From: Octopus sinensis
Taxonomy: Eukaryota
Assembly: GCF_006345805.1 (NCBI RefSeq)
Contig: NC_043007.1
Location: 60,822,001-60,886,000 of the forward strand
DNA: 64,000 nt
Direction of reading: 5' to 3'
Notes under the pieces: generated by a model
Told to the model about the DNA's origin: nothing
Database searches by the model: none
What the model saw: the letters and a program-made list of their open reading frames with translations, nothing else
Shown here: positions 13,341 to 25,075 of the stretch, in pieces
How the letters are laid out: each line of letters begins with the position of its first letter
Numbering within the stretch: the stretch's first letter is position 1
Program-made: the position numbers and the translations under genes

Positions 13341-15044
13341 CTGAAATAAATCAAATAGGGAACATCATGAACTTCAGAAGTAACAACAATATACACTTGA
13401 AATTTATTATTATCTATTATAACTAATACACACACACAACCAGCACTATACTATCACATAAAAAGGACCTACTACCGGTGGCGGATTGTAGATAATATTA
13501 GTGGGGGTGCTGCTTCAGAAAATTTTAGCTGTTATTTTAATATTGTGTTAAAGGAAACAAACATATAAAAAGAATATTTATACATAAACTTGATCAGTTC
13601 ATGTTTTAGCCACTGTCGAGTAGTGTGTTTAATTTGTTCACTGAACACCGCCGTGAATTCCCCCCTTGTTTTTCAAAAATCTCTGCTAAATCACAAATTA
13701 AGGGGGGGGGGGAATCTGACCTATTTTTCAAATCCTTAAGCTGGAAGCAGAATAATAATCTCAATCTACACTTTATCACACTCAAAAATATAAACATGTT
13801 TTTAAGCACAACACACATGGAGTCACAAAGAAACACTACCTTTCACCAGCATTGTGTGAATGACAGTGCTGTCTCTCCTTAGCGTGAAGCTTCCTATCTC
13901 AGATATGTGAGCATGCACACAACAGCCAAACACTGTATCACTGGACTGTGAAGTGCACAGTTCTATACAAGGATTTTTTTTTTTCATAAACTAGGGGATG
14001 GCTACTGACATAAAGCTTGAGGATTATATAATGTACAAGTATAAAGAAAGAATTAAAGAAAAAAGGACTCATTATATTGAATGTTATCAATAATATCAAG
14101 TGGAAATAGGGGATGCTGCAATTCCACAGTGCTTATATACAAGCTGTCACTGCCTTGTACCCTCTGTAAAGCAGTTGGTGTTAGGAAGGGTAACCAGCAG
14201 TAGAAGCCAAACCAAAATGAAACACAAGCTATAAATAAAGTCTTCCAACCCATCTAAGTGAGTGGACCTGTCCAACCAACACCAGCATGGACAGCAGATT
14301 TACATTGATGATGATGATGATGATGATGATGATAACCAAAACAAGGAAATAACTATTGTTAATGTAGTTTTAATATTGATGAATAACTGATAGTTTTTTT
14401 TGTTTTGTTTTTTAATATGTGACTATTTTTCATGGTTTGGAAAATCCATAAGGTGGGAAATAAAACTATTTTAGTTTGTTTGAAGTGGAAAATTCCTCAA
14501 TAAATATCAATGGAAATATCAGCAGAAATTCCCCAATTTTTTCCAACGAAAAGGTTGTAATATTATTTTATATTTTTCCAAGAGACAAAGATCACAACTT
14601 CTGAAACATTAATGTAGTTAGGTCTGGGCATGTTCTACAAAGGACCAAATAATTTTATAAATTGTTGGATGATGAATGTTAACAATAACAATTGAAAAAT
14701 TAAGTGGTCTATCATAGGATATTAATGGTGCCAGAAGTGAATATCAGTTTAAATCTAACTATCTAGTATCATCATACTAGAGGGTATTGTGAAAAATGCC
14801 TTACTTTTCCAAGGAAGTTTTCATATATTTTAGGCATTTTGCTCTTTCCTAGACAACAAAAGTTATTTTTCATAAAATAATATTTTTACTTATAAAGTAC
14901 ACTATTCAGAGATAAATAATCAGTGAAACTATACTTGTTAAGCAATAAAAATAATACTTTAAGATTGTCATCTTAAATTAGAGACTTGTAGAAATACGTG
15001 CATACACATGGTATAAATACCAATGACATCCCCAAATAGCTTAC

Positions 15045-15112
15045 CTTAGCAAGGTCTACTTCATCATCTTTGTCAAAATTTACTTGTTCAACATGACTTT
15101 GATCATATTTAT
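15045..15112 (-). CDS. NUMA1: NuMA-like exon 4 (D-KYDQSHVEQVNFDKDDEVDLAK)
   Basis: Acceptor ttttctag, donor AAG|gtaagc, 68 nt, phase 1 to 0. EVDLAK resembles NuMA ELELAK. Confidence 0.85.
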
Positions 15113-16087
15113 CTAGAAAATAATTTACGGTTCATTTGTGAGTCATACTAGCAAGAGTTAAAGATCAAGGGGAAAAATAAGAAGATTGTTATTTAACATT
15201 AACTAAAGAGTTTTTTTAATCTTATTACATTCATTCTGATCTATGGTAATAAATGTTACACACTTTTACAAATTAGTACATTTTGTATGAATGCTTTTAC
15301 ATGCCCTTATTTAATAGTATGCTTATTTTCCTAACTGATCACCTATCAAATAACAGTCATTGTTAATTTATCAACTGGAAAGGGTGAAGTAAATAAAATA
15401 ATGCACTTGTTAAAGGATATACTTCAATGCTTTATTGTGAACTTGAGCTATGTAAGTGACTTGTTCTACTTTTCAGTGATCATTGTCAGAAAATGTAATT
15501 CCTCACTGCAACTTTTTCTTTCAGTTTCCTTCATTGGGAAGTGTCATGGAATACTGTTGCTTATCTCTGCTATCATGGCATTAATTAGTGAGAAACATTT
15601 CTCCCTGTCCAATGAAAGTATTGGTTAAGTACATGGTGCCCCAACTTCCCTGATTGTATCAAATAGTGCTTGACACTCTGAGTGTTAAGTGTCTTTGTAA
15701 GGAAGCAGCAAAGTACTGGAGATAGTCAACCAACTGTTGACCCTTTCACAAACAGGTTGATATTCTAACAATTTTGCTCTCTGCAAATCTCTAACCAAAG
15801 AGAAATTTGTTAAACTATATAACCATATTATATATCTAACTTCCAGTTAAATATAGACTTTCTAAATCTGTCTGACATCAGGCAGTCTTATATCTATATC
15901 TATGGATTTAGTTTAATATTTATCACCATCAAACTGGGATTCTTTGGTGGTCTATTTTCACATTTGCATGTGCGTACACACACACACATCTAACTGTACT
16001 TGTTAAACTAGAGCTAACTGAAACAATCACAAAATGAATGAGAAAAAAACAAAACAAATTGAGCAACAACAAAGTAAGGCAACATAC

Positions 16088-16155
16088 CCTCAATAAACTT
16101 CTTTATAATTTCAAAGCATTCTTTCTTAGTATTTAGATCATATGAAGTAGCTTTC
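16088..16155 (-). CDS. NUMA1: NuMA-like exon 3 (KATSYDLNTKKECFEIIKKFIE)
   Basis: Acceptor tatatag, donor G|gtatgt, 68 nt, phase 2 to 1, open frame. Confidence 0.8.
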
Positions 16156-17349
16156 CTATATACATATATATATATAAAATAAAAAAGAACAAGTGTTATC
16201 TTAGAAAAAGCACTGATTGCTAACCTGTATTTTCATGAAGTTTGAAATCTTTGGAAGACGATAATTGATTAAAGGAAAAAATATGTTTAATGACTTAATA
16301 ATATATATTTCACAATAATTTATATCTAAGTCTTGAAAAAAGTTGGCTACAGGTCTCATATTTACAATTTAGGGCCTTAATCACATGTTGATTTGGTATT
16401 GAAGATACATGTCAAAAAACCATTCAGCACTCAGTAAGCTTGTGATCTAAATAGCTTGATTCACCTTAAGTCATTTAAACAGCTAAACTCTAGAAAAAGG
16501 ATTCAATTAAGTTTTACTATTGAATCCTTTAGCATTTAGATTACTAATGGATGTAATGCTTATTTATTCACACTATTTTGAATTAATCATGCATTATCTT
16601 GTAACTTTGATAGTTTGATGCAATGATTATTTATTTTTAGAATGACATTGTAGGGTAGCTGTGAGAGGCTGAGTTTAATCAGTTTGAATATAAAACTGGT
16701 AGAATATATGGGCCAGAAATGGCCAGTTTAAATAACTCCCACTATATCATTACAAACACTCAAATACTTCCCAGACTATCATACTTTTTGATGATTAACT
16801 CTTTTTAGTTACTTATCATCATCATAAGATCCCTCGTAATGAAATAAAACATCCAACTACAGGTGGATATCTGTGCATAATGAGGTAAATTGGAATATGC
16901 TACTATTTATCACAATCACCTTTCATGAACCTGTAGTAAGAACTAGTTTTCTATTGCCTTCTGTTCTACACAGGGAGTTGAACTACGCACTACAAAATAA
17001 CAATTCTTTAATACAGCAACAACTTAATATCAAGTTGTTCCTACTCTACATTATCTAATTACAGCCAGGTAGGCTAGACTGTTTAAGAACAATATTTAAA
17101 GCAAGTGTTCTTGTGTAAGGTACATAACTCTGCCTTAGCTTATCTAACTGACAAGTTCCAGTCTTATTTCATAGCTAAGTCGTTGGCAATAGTTAAGCAG
17201 TAAACTTTACAATAAGGAATATGATAAAACTACAATCTCATCCATATGATTGTGGAAAAACTGAGGTAAAGTAAAACATTAAGAAAAGGTGATAAATCTG
17301 TTTACATGAATAAGTAATACAAACTACTATTTTAAGAGAAAATACTTGC

Positions 17350-17435
17350 AATTTGTTTAATAAAACAGTAGACTGCTCTCCTTCTTTCATATTATGTAGG
17401 GATTCTATGAGAAAGCTTGAATTTATTTCCTTCAA
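17350..17435 (-). CDS. NUMA1: NuMA-like exon 2 (LKEINSSFLIESLHNMKEGEQSTVLLNK+TT)
   Basis: Acceptor ttttccag. 86 nt if the donor is TT|gcaagt (GC), giving phase 2, which matches the next exon. The alternative GT donor 4 nt further on gives phase 0, which is incompatible with the next exon. Confidence 0.75.
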
Positions 17436-17992
17436 CTGGAAAAGAAAAGTGAAAATAAATACATGATTCATTTCCTTTTCTAATATATCATTATCGCCAT
17501 CACCATTTTACATCTATTTGTCTATGTTTACGTGGGTTTGATGGGTCAAGACTAAATTGATCAAAAGCATTTTACAAAAAAAAAAAAAAAGATTTTACAA
17601 TTACCATTTTGTTACTTCAGGTTTGTACTACTATATTTCATTTTAAAAAAATAATACTTTCCCTTTCGTTTGACTCTCGCGTTTCCAGCAAATGACATTT
17701 TCTGTTAGCTTCAGTAATTTCGCTTCCTGGATCATAAAACGAAACATCGCCTCAGAGGCTTATCAAAAAGGGAAAGCAGCAGCCTTCCCATATAAAATTT
17801 CCTCTGACCTATCATGCTTGTTAAGGAGTGGGTGTCAAACGTCTCTGTCCCAGGGTGCACACAACTGTTGCTACACCTACAGACAGGGGTTTCTCCTTGT
17901 AATAGCAACTTTTCCAAATAAACAACTCTACCTACTGTGGTATGGAAAGAGGATGCAAAAAAATGTATTTATCAAAAAACAATATTTGAAAT

Positions 17993-18185
17993 GGCGAGCC
18001 AGCAGAATCGTTAGCCCGCCGGCCAAAATGTTTATTTTCGTCCGTCTTTACTTTCTGAGTTAAAATGCCGTCGAGGTCGACTTTGCCTTTCATCCTTTCA
18101 GGGTCAATAAAATAAGTAACAACTGAGGTCGATTTAATCGACTTACCCCCCATTGCTGACCTTGCGCCAAAATTTGAAGCTAATA
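17993..18185 (+). mobile_element. Short SINE family 3
   Basis: ggcgagccagcagaatcgttagc...gtcgactttgcctttcatcctttc...ccaaaatttga. Other copies lie at ~120-330, 4900-5100, 9560-9770, 19165-19345 and 32140-32345 (all -) and 54825-55040 (+). Confidence 0.8.
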
Positions 18186-19429
18186 TTTGAAATAGTTGAA
18201 GACTCATCCTGACATTCTAATGTAGACACTTATTCGTTCCCAGAGCCCGCATGAACGGTAATTATCTCCCTTGTCAGCAAAGAAAAAAAAATTTTTGCAA
18301 GCCCGAAAGTGAAATGTTGTCACGGTTGAAAAGGGGAGGGTATGAACTTTTATTAAATAAAATGATAATTATTCACATGCACTCCCATCAGTTTCAAACG
18401 CCAATACCGCCAATTTGAATAAGTTTTCGAACAAGTTGCTTTGCATTATATATCCCAGTGGTATATAACAACAGAATTGTACTCCGCACCACCTTCTTTC
18501 CTCATAACTTGCTTTAAAATACATATTTTTTTGGTTAATATATAGTTGAACTCCCAGTCACCAAAACAAGAAAAAAGGTGTAAAAAATGTGTAGAAAACA
18601 AATACAAAAACAAAAATTTGCGCAAACGAATGGGGTTGGTGGATGGGGGAGAGGACGTTCAGAAAATTCATACAATCCATCGAGGAAAAGTCAAAAGTGA
18701 TGAAGAAGGCCATAAATAATTTTACCAAGTGGAATATCTTGTATATTTACTGGCTACTGTTCTAAGTCTTCTTCATTAATATTCGGGTATTCTTTCAGTT
18801 TATAACCACAAATTCGAAGTAGGAAAAATATTGTATTGAAATTTTGGAAATAAAAAAAAAAACTGCAAGTTTGAAAAAATATTTTTTTAGAATAATAATT
18901 TCTATATTTTAACTGTCAAAATATTCCCTAACCCCACAAATATTTTCCAAAATAGTAAGAAGACAATAATATGGGGGGGGGGGCTAAAAAATTTGAAAAC
19001 GAGGAGGGGAGCAAAATCGTAATGTTGAAAATATACGGAACTAAAAACACAGGAGTATGACATTGCCGCACAGTGCCAATATTTCCACCTTCATTTCTTG
19101 ACCAGAAACCGAAAACATGCACTATTTGATATATTTTGGATAGTTAATAGCCATGCTTTGTACACGTTGGTTTCAAATTTTGGCACAACGCCAGCAATTT
19201 CGAGGTGACTTTAGAGCTCAAGTTGTACCTATTTTATTGACCCTGAAAGGATGAAAGGCAGTCAACCTCGGAGGAATTTGAACTCAGGATATAAAGACGG
19301 ATGAAATGCCGCTAAGCATACATGCTAACAATTCAACCAGGTCACGCTTTATGCTTTGTACATATTAATTTAGGGTTATTTAAAATTTGTTTTTTATGTC
19401 CAGAAAATGAGTAAGTAACGATGAAAATA

Positions 19430-20680
19430 TAAACAGTATCGGGATGTACAAAACAACTGTTACAATTTGCAATAAATGAGTGAAAAGGAATATATTTTTA
19501 CAGAAGAAAAACAAACAAAAAATATCAATGCAGTATCAAGTGCTTCAATTGAACCTACTGAAGCAAGCCAACACGCTCGCGGCATTACCGCAGGCAATGG
19601 CGAGGCTAAGGCGTTGGTATAGCCGAGCACCCTCACGGACATTACCTGACACCTTGGTAAGGCGTACTGCCAACGATGACAAGAGCCGTTAGTGGCCCAG
19701 CCCCTCCAAATGTCTCAAACGCCACAAGCTGGAAGTGACAGTTCACTGCCAGGTCCCGATACTTCAGGGTTTTGTTCCGTTTGGCTACGGAAGTAGTGAT
19801 CCTCCCATTTACTGCAGCATCCGTGGGAGGGAGCAAAAGAATCACAGACTGTGCCGTCTCAGATGAGGTACCTACCTCTTACCAAAGGACAGAGAGTAAG
19901 ACCATTTGGCTCTTTCCATCACTTCTGGATAATCTGCCGGCTCCAGAACTGAAGGGATATCAATCCGCAACAGGGCCCACTTAATGATTAAGTCTAAAGT
20001 TTAGCTCGATGTGACGAGCGAAACTACCAGCATTTAGACAGCAAGACAGACCATGAAGACTTGTGGAGTCGACGGGTCTACCAGAGCAGGCATCTCAGTC
20101 CCCTACAGACGTCAGCTCCCACTCTGAGTGCGACGGAGATACGGAGCTCATATAGACTGAGTAGACCTCCAATGTTAGCCACAGACGGAGCGTGAATCCA
20201 GTCCCCCGAGAATTTTGCACTAGTAGAAAGTAGGCGGCACCTTGAAAATTGATCAGATTGAGCAAGGAGAGAGTTGGAAGTGGTACCAGAACGCAGATTG
20301 TCCCATACTCCCTACTTCTATCCTCAACTGTAGCAGGAACTGACAAACACAGCTCTCTCCACTGTAACAGAGCTTCATCCATCTCCCTGTTGGAACTAGT
20401 CCATGTTGGAGAGGAGAGGATGTTACCTATTAAAAGGGAGCAAGCGTGGATGGAGAAAAAACAGAGGAGAGATAGAGACGAGCACTTGCGCAGACCAAGA
20501 CCCCCAAATCGTTTGGGCAAAGCAGCCTGGTCGCGGGACTCTGGAAAAAGTCTGACATTGACCAAACATTCGAGTTTTCTGAAGATTAAGGTTGTCAAAG
20601 TGTTGGAGAGACAACGAAAATCTGTAATCACAAAATATTTGGTGACTCCAACTTAACAACAATGTCACGTGGGCAGTATC
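19430..20680 (-). mobile_element. CRE-like non-LTR retrotransposon (REL endonuclease), 3' part, degenerate
   Basis: QAALPKRFGGLGLR (ORF 20095..20631), a degenerate CCHC region, a DGKxPxGL-like catalytic region, and KTLKYRDL...VAFETFGGAG (ORF 19642..19845). Confidence 0.7.
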
Positions 20681-20788
20681 TAGCTGCCGCTCTACTGTTC
20701 ACTCTTTCCCCTTTTGTTTCTTAAAAGTTCGTACTTTTTTTTCCCACAATTAAGCTAACAACATCGTTTTATTTATACTAGACATGGT

Positions 20789-21115
20789 TTTGAAGACTCC
20801 GCCGGTTACGACGACGAGGGTCCCAGCTGATACGATCAACGGAACAGCTTGCTCGTGAAATTAACGTGCAAATGGCTGAGCATTCCACAGACACGTGTAC
20901 CCTTAACGTAGTTCTCGGGGATAATCAGCGTGACACAGAGAGTGACAAGGCTGACCCTTTGAAATACAAGTACAACTCATTTTTGCCAGCTGAGTGGACT
21001 GGAGCAACGTGAAATAAAGTGTCTTGCTCAAGGACACAACGCGTCGCCGGGAATCGAACTCACAACCTTACGATCATGAGCCGAATGCCCTAACCACTAA
21101 GCCACGCGCCCTCAC
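20789..21115 (-). mobile_element. tRNA-derived SINE (MetaSINE-type core), young copy
   Basis: A box TGGCTTAGTGG, B box GTTCGATTCC, core GTGTCCTTGAGCAAGACACTT, and a perfect 12-bp TSD ACTAGACATGGT (20777-20788, 21116-21127). Confidence 0.88.
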
Positions 21116-21899
21116 ACTAGACATGGTATAAATTATTGCATGGATCTAAGTATTTAAGGAGTAGAACGTACAATTTCCTGTAAGTCAGTCTGTTTCATGG
21201 CTCCAGCAGACAATTGGAAAAGCCGTTGCCTCACAGGATGGCGAGGGAGATGCGCTGGAACAACCACTTTGACTCACAGGACAAGCACTTGCTGACAGTC
21301 ATCCCCGCCAGTTTCAATTTGTAAGAAATCATTTTTACTTTTTCTTTCTTTTTGCAACGTAAACGCCTACACTTTTCATGGGGTCTTGGAAACTTCATCC
21401 TTTTCTTTTTACCTGTTTCAGTATTAGGACTGCCGCCATGCTGGGGCACTGCCTTGTAGGGGTTTGTCGAACAGATCGCCCCCAGTACTTATTTTTTAAA
21501 ATCTGGTACTTATTTTACCGGTCTCTTTTGCCGAAGCATGAAGTTACGGGGACGTAGACAAGCCAACACCAGTTGTCAAGTGGTAGTGAGGAATATACAC
21601 ACGATGGGCTTCTTTCAGTTTCCGTCAACCAAATCCACCTACAAGACTTTGATCGGCCCGGGCTATAGTAGAGACACTAGCCTAAGCATCCACGCAATGG
21701 AAATAAAGCCAGAACCATGCGGTTGAGAAACAGACTTATTACCACACAGCCACACCTGCGACTTCCTTTTAAAAAATTGGAACACGTTACTGCAAATGTG
21801 TAGTGACGTTTACCTGTATTTTTTTTGTTTTGTTTTTTTCTTGCATGATTTCTGTTGCGTCGCCTCTACAAGAACAATCTGGTGAAACCATGTTGATGA

Positions 21900-22440
21900 A
21901 ATAAATATCAGAGAAGCTTTGTCCCACACAGAAACTGTAGAAGCTAATTAAAGATATTGATAGGCCTTGTTCAGATAGTGACTAAACTATCACCATGTTA
22001 GAAACCCTTCTGTACTTTCAGCAAGGATCCAAGTGTCTCAAGTATTTTGGCCCTTAGCTTCGCCTGAGCAGGACAGGGGGGACAAAGCCTTCGTCTTCAG
22101 AAAGCTTCTATCTGCAGTCTGTTATCAACTACAACCACCTTGAATTGGCCGCAGCTGTCATGGTTATTCTCACGATGGCTTTCGTCAGTTGTTTAGGTTC
22201 CAAACTAATCTCTTACAGAAAATAATGCACGTATGATACTGAGAAACTGATTGCTGACTTCAATAGGAAATGAGGCTGTCAGCCATCCTTTGACCAGAGC
22301 CTCATCAAGCATGTCCAGATATTTAGCTTTCTTCTGTTGGTGAGAAATATCAAGTCTGTTCTCCCAAGGCAGTAGGGGTTCAGCAACAACGACCATTAAT
22401 GAACTCATGGATAGAAGAAACATGTCTGATCAAAGTAATG
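21900..22440 (-). mobile_element. HERO-like non-LTR retrotransposon 3' fragment (REL endonuclease)
   Basis: ORF 22205..22423 VVAEPLLPWENRL..QQKKAKYLDM..KGW..FPIEV resembles ELTVPWE..K..KY..L..GW..PxEVG. It is followed by AAANSRWL. Confidence 0.65.
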
Positions 22441-23014
22441 TTACTACCATTTCTTACAGAAAGAGAAATCTAACCGTCAGATCCATTTGTATCTCTCAGT
22501 CTAAGGCTTGATACAAAATTCAGTAAACTTTTACCTTTACCAATAATGTAAACTTTTATGTAAAAATTTACTCAAAATACAAAACGAACTGCTACTTTTG
22601 CCTTGGATTAAACAATATTCTTGTTAAATATGTATTTCTTATAATTACACAACTTCAAAAAAAAAAAATTAAATATACATATTTGAAGCATTATTTGGAA
22701 TAGCTATTCCTATCTTTTGGGGAAGGAAAAGGACACAGAATGTTTGGATGGGGGCCAAATTGTAGAAATTTTGGAAAAAAGAAAATTCAAAACTAATTCT
22801 CGTTTTGGGAAACATGGGAATACTAAAAACAATAAAATGAAAAACAACACTTTTCCTTTCCTATGCGGCATGGGACTTTGAGGGATAGCTGTTCTAAGTC
22901 TACCTGTTGTTGCTGGTTCTTCAGAAATTTAAAAGAATTTCGAGGGTTTTTTTTTTCTGTTTTGCTCTTTTTTAAGTTTAAGGTAATATCATAAGATTGC
23001 CATCATCTACTCAC

Positions 23015-23050
23015 CCACTGGATCAATGTATCTTTCTTGCTTGGATCCAT
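23015..23050 (-). CDS. NUMA1: NuMA-like protein, first coding exon (MDPSKKDTLIQW)
   Basis: ATG at 23050, donor TGG|gtgagt at 23014, upstream acceptor ctgtag at 23059-23060. Ends phase 0 and joins the 17435 exon in frame. The peptide parallels NuMA/Hook N-termini (..ALLSW / ..LLTW). Gene identity is from remembered motif similarity, not a search. Confidence 0.8.
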
Positions 23051-23822
23051 TGAGTTTGCTACAGAAATAGACTAACTTGAATATCAAAGCCTCACATACT
23101 TAGGAAGGGAACAGTCGATAACTGGTATTTATTTTATCGACTCCAGATGGATGAAGCTGCTGTTTGTTGAATAGGAATTCGAAAGAAAAAAGTAAAGAAG
23201 TAATAATAAAGAATAATAAACGAAACCAGGTTTTTAACCGGCAAAATTACTTTATCTTCACACAAGCCAGACTTTTAACGAAATAGTGTGTGTGTATAAT
23301 GTATGAGTGTGTGTGTATGTGTGTGCGTGCGTGTGTGTACGTGCGTGTGTGTGTGTCTGTATGTGCGTGTGTGCGCCCGCGTTAACAGGGAGGGAAACAA
23401 GTGAAAGAAAGATTTACGATTCGCGTAACCCTTATACTGCTCTGAATAATTTATTTATATCTTTTATTATAATTTAATAAAATACAGAGATAATAAAATA
23501 TATAAATAGTAACAGAAGCGCAGGGGTACTCGAATCGTTTATGTGTGTGTGTATATATATATATAAAGATAGATAGATAGATAGATATAAAAAAAGGATA
23601 TCCTTTCGTTAAAATTTGACTTCTGCGATGATAAATTTCATAAAATAAATTTGGCGGTTAAAAGCCTCGTTTTCGTTTTTCGGATCAGTATTCAACATCC
23701 GGGACTTTGTGTCTTTACATCGTTTTCAGGTTTGTTTTCCGAACATTTCCATTTTTCTACGTCATCGAACAAATGTATGATCTAAATTTATTCAGTTTTT
23801 CTCTCGTCACACAAAGTGGAGG

Positions 23823-24093
23823 TTATGCCTTCTTGATGAGGTTTAATAAGAGCGAGACATAATCAGAATTATTCCCCTTGTCAAAAGGATCGCCATATGC
23901 CATGCAATGCCTAATGTTGCTTTTTCCCCTCACCTCATAATTTGGTTTTTTAATCTCCTTTCCATTAAACATGTTAAATGGGTCAACATATAGCTTGGTG
24001 ATCTCTGTTGTAAACTGAAACATATCTTTCACCATGAATAATAATAATCTTAGAGGGAGTGGGTGATAGTCAGGGATGATAAGTGTAGGCAAA
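23823..24093 (-). CDS. Candidate terminal exon of an unidentified gene (LPTLIIPDYHP...KLYVDPFNMFNGKEIKKP...YGDPFDKGNNSDYVSLLLNLIKKA*)
   Basis: Open frame of ~100 codons in non-repetitive DNA, with acceptor ttttactacag at 24094-24095 (alternative atgtttcag further in), TAA at 23823 and AATAAA ~30 nt downstream (23787-23792). No family recognised. Confidence 0.35.
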
Positions 24094-24585
24094 CTGTAGT
24101 AAAATATCGTTGGTGTTTTAATCAAAATAAAACTGCAAATTTTTATCGTAAATTGTATTTAGTTTATCAGTTTCACACACATATATGTATAAATGGCAGA
24201 CATGCACTAGTGTGCCCCTGATTATTTTGTTTCCTCATAACTTTATACTTCAGATAATATAGAAATTAATTAAATCGGAATTTGTTGCGAAAAAATTTTT
24301 TCAAGGATGGGGAGAGGAGTTTTGGAAAAATTCACATGTGTCAGTTTGTTTCCTCATAACTTTCAGAAAAATTGATATTTTTTAAGGAAATTTTCTACAT
24401 ATATCTTTCAGATGGTGAAGATTATGATAATATCAGAATGTAATAAAAAAAAAAAGTTGGTGGGCTACGCCATACATATTGACTGTCACACATCACATTT
24501 ATCTACAAAATGAAACTTGAAATTTAAAACAAAAATTGTGATGTGTGTCAGTATGCATGTGTGTGAGCCTACCAATTTCTTCTTT

Positions 24586-25075
24586 AAAGCACCATCCGTT
24601 CGTGGCCGTTTGCCATCTCTGTCTGGCCCCCGTGTCGGTGGCACGTAAAAGCACCATCTGTTCGTGTCCGTTGCCAGCCTCGCCTGGCCCCCGTGCCGGT
24701 GACACGTAAAAGCACCATCCGTTCGTGGCCGTTTGCCAGCTCTGTCTGGCCCCCGTGTCGGAGGCACGTAAAAGCACCATCCGTTCGTGTCCGTTGCCAG
24801 CCTCGCCTGGCCCCCGTGCTGGTGACACGTAAAAGGACCATCCGTTCATGGCCGTTTGCCAGCTCTGTCTGGCACCTGTGTGGGTGGCACGTAAAAAGCA
24901 CCCACTACACTCACGGAGTGGTTGGCATTAGGAAGGGCATCCAGCCGTAGAAACACTGCCAGATCTGACTGGGCCTGATGAAGCCTTCCAGCTTCACAGA
25001 CCCCAGTTGAAACATCCAACCCATGCTAGCATGGAAAACGGATGCTAAATGATGATGATGATGATGATGATGATA
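24586..25075 (+). mobile_element. RTE 3' UTR fragment with 61-62 bp tandem array
   Basis: Five tandem units followed by cccactacactc...aggaagggcatccag and a (GAT)n tail. Confidence 0.85.

Noticed and set aside
15400-15800. Possible NuMA-like exon (LVDYLQYFAASLQ..)
   Set aside because: No suitable splice sites are present, exons 16088 and 15112 already join in frame, and nearby frames resemble a decayed RTE RT (CREQN, ALFDT).
21050-21115. tRNA gene
   Set aside because: The A/B boxes are the head of a SINE with a TSD and a non-tRNA body. No full cloverleaf is present.
23823-24093. Identification as LRRC51, a vertebrate NUMA1 neighbour
   Set aside because: The resemblance is a loose LRR-cap-like pattern only, the key GN residues are absent, and the orientation is tandem rather than head to head.
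24586-24905. CRISPR-like array
   Set aside because: The units are contiguous tandem repeats without unique spacers, lie inside a LINE 3' UTR, and are in eukaryotic DNA.
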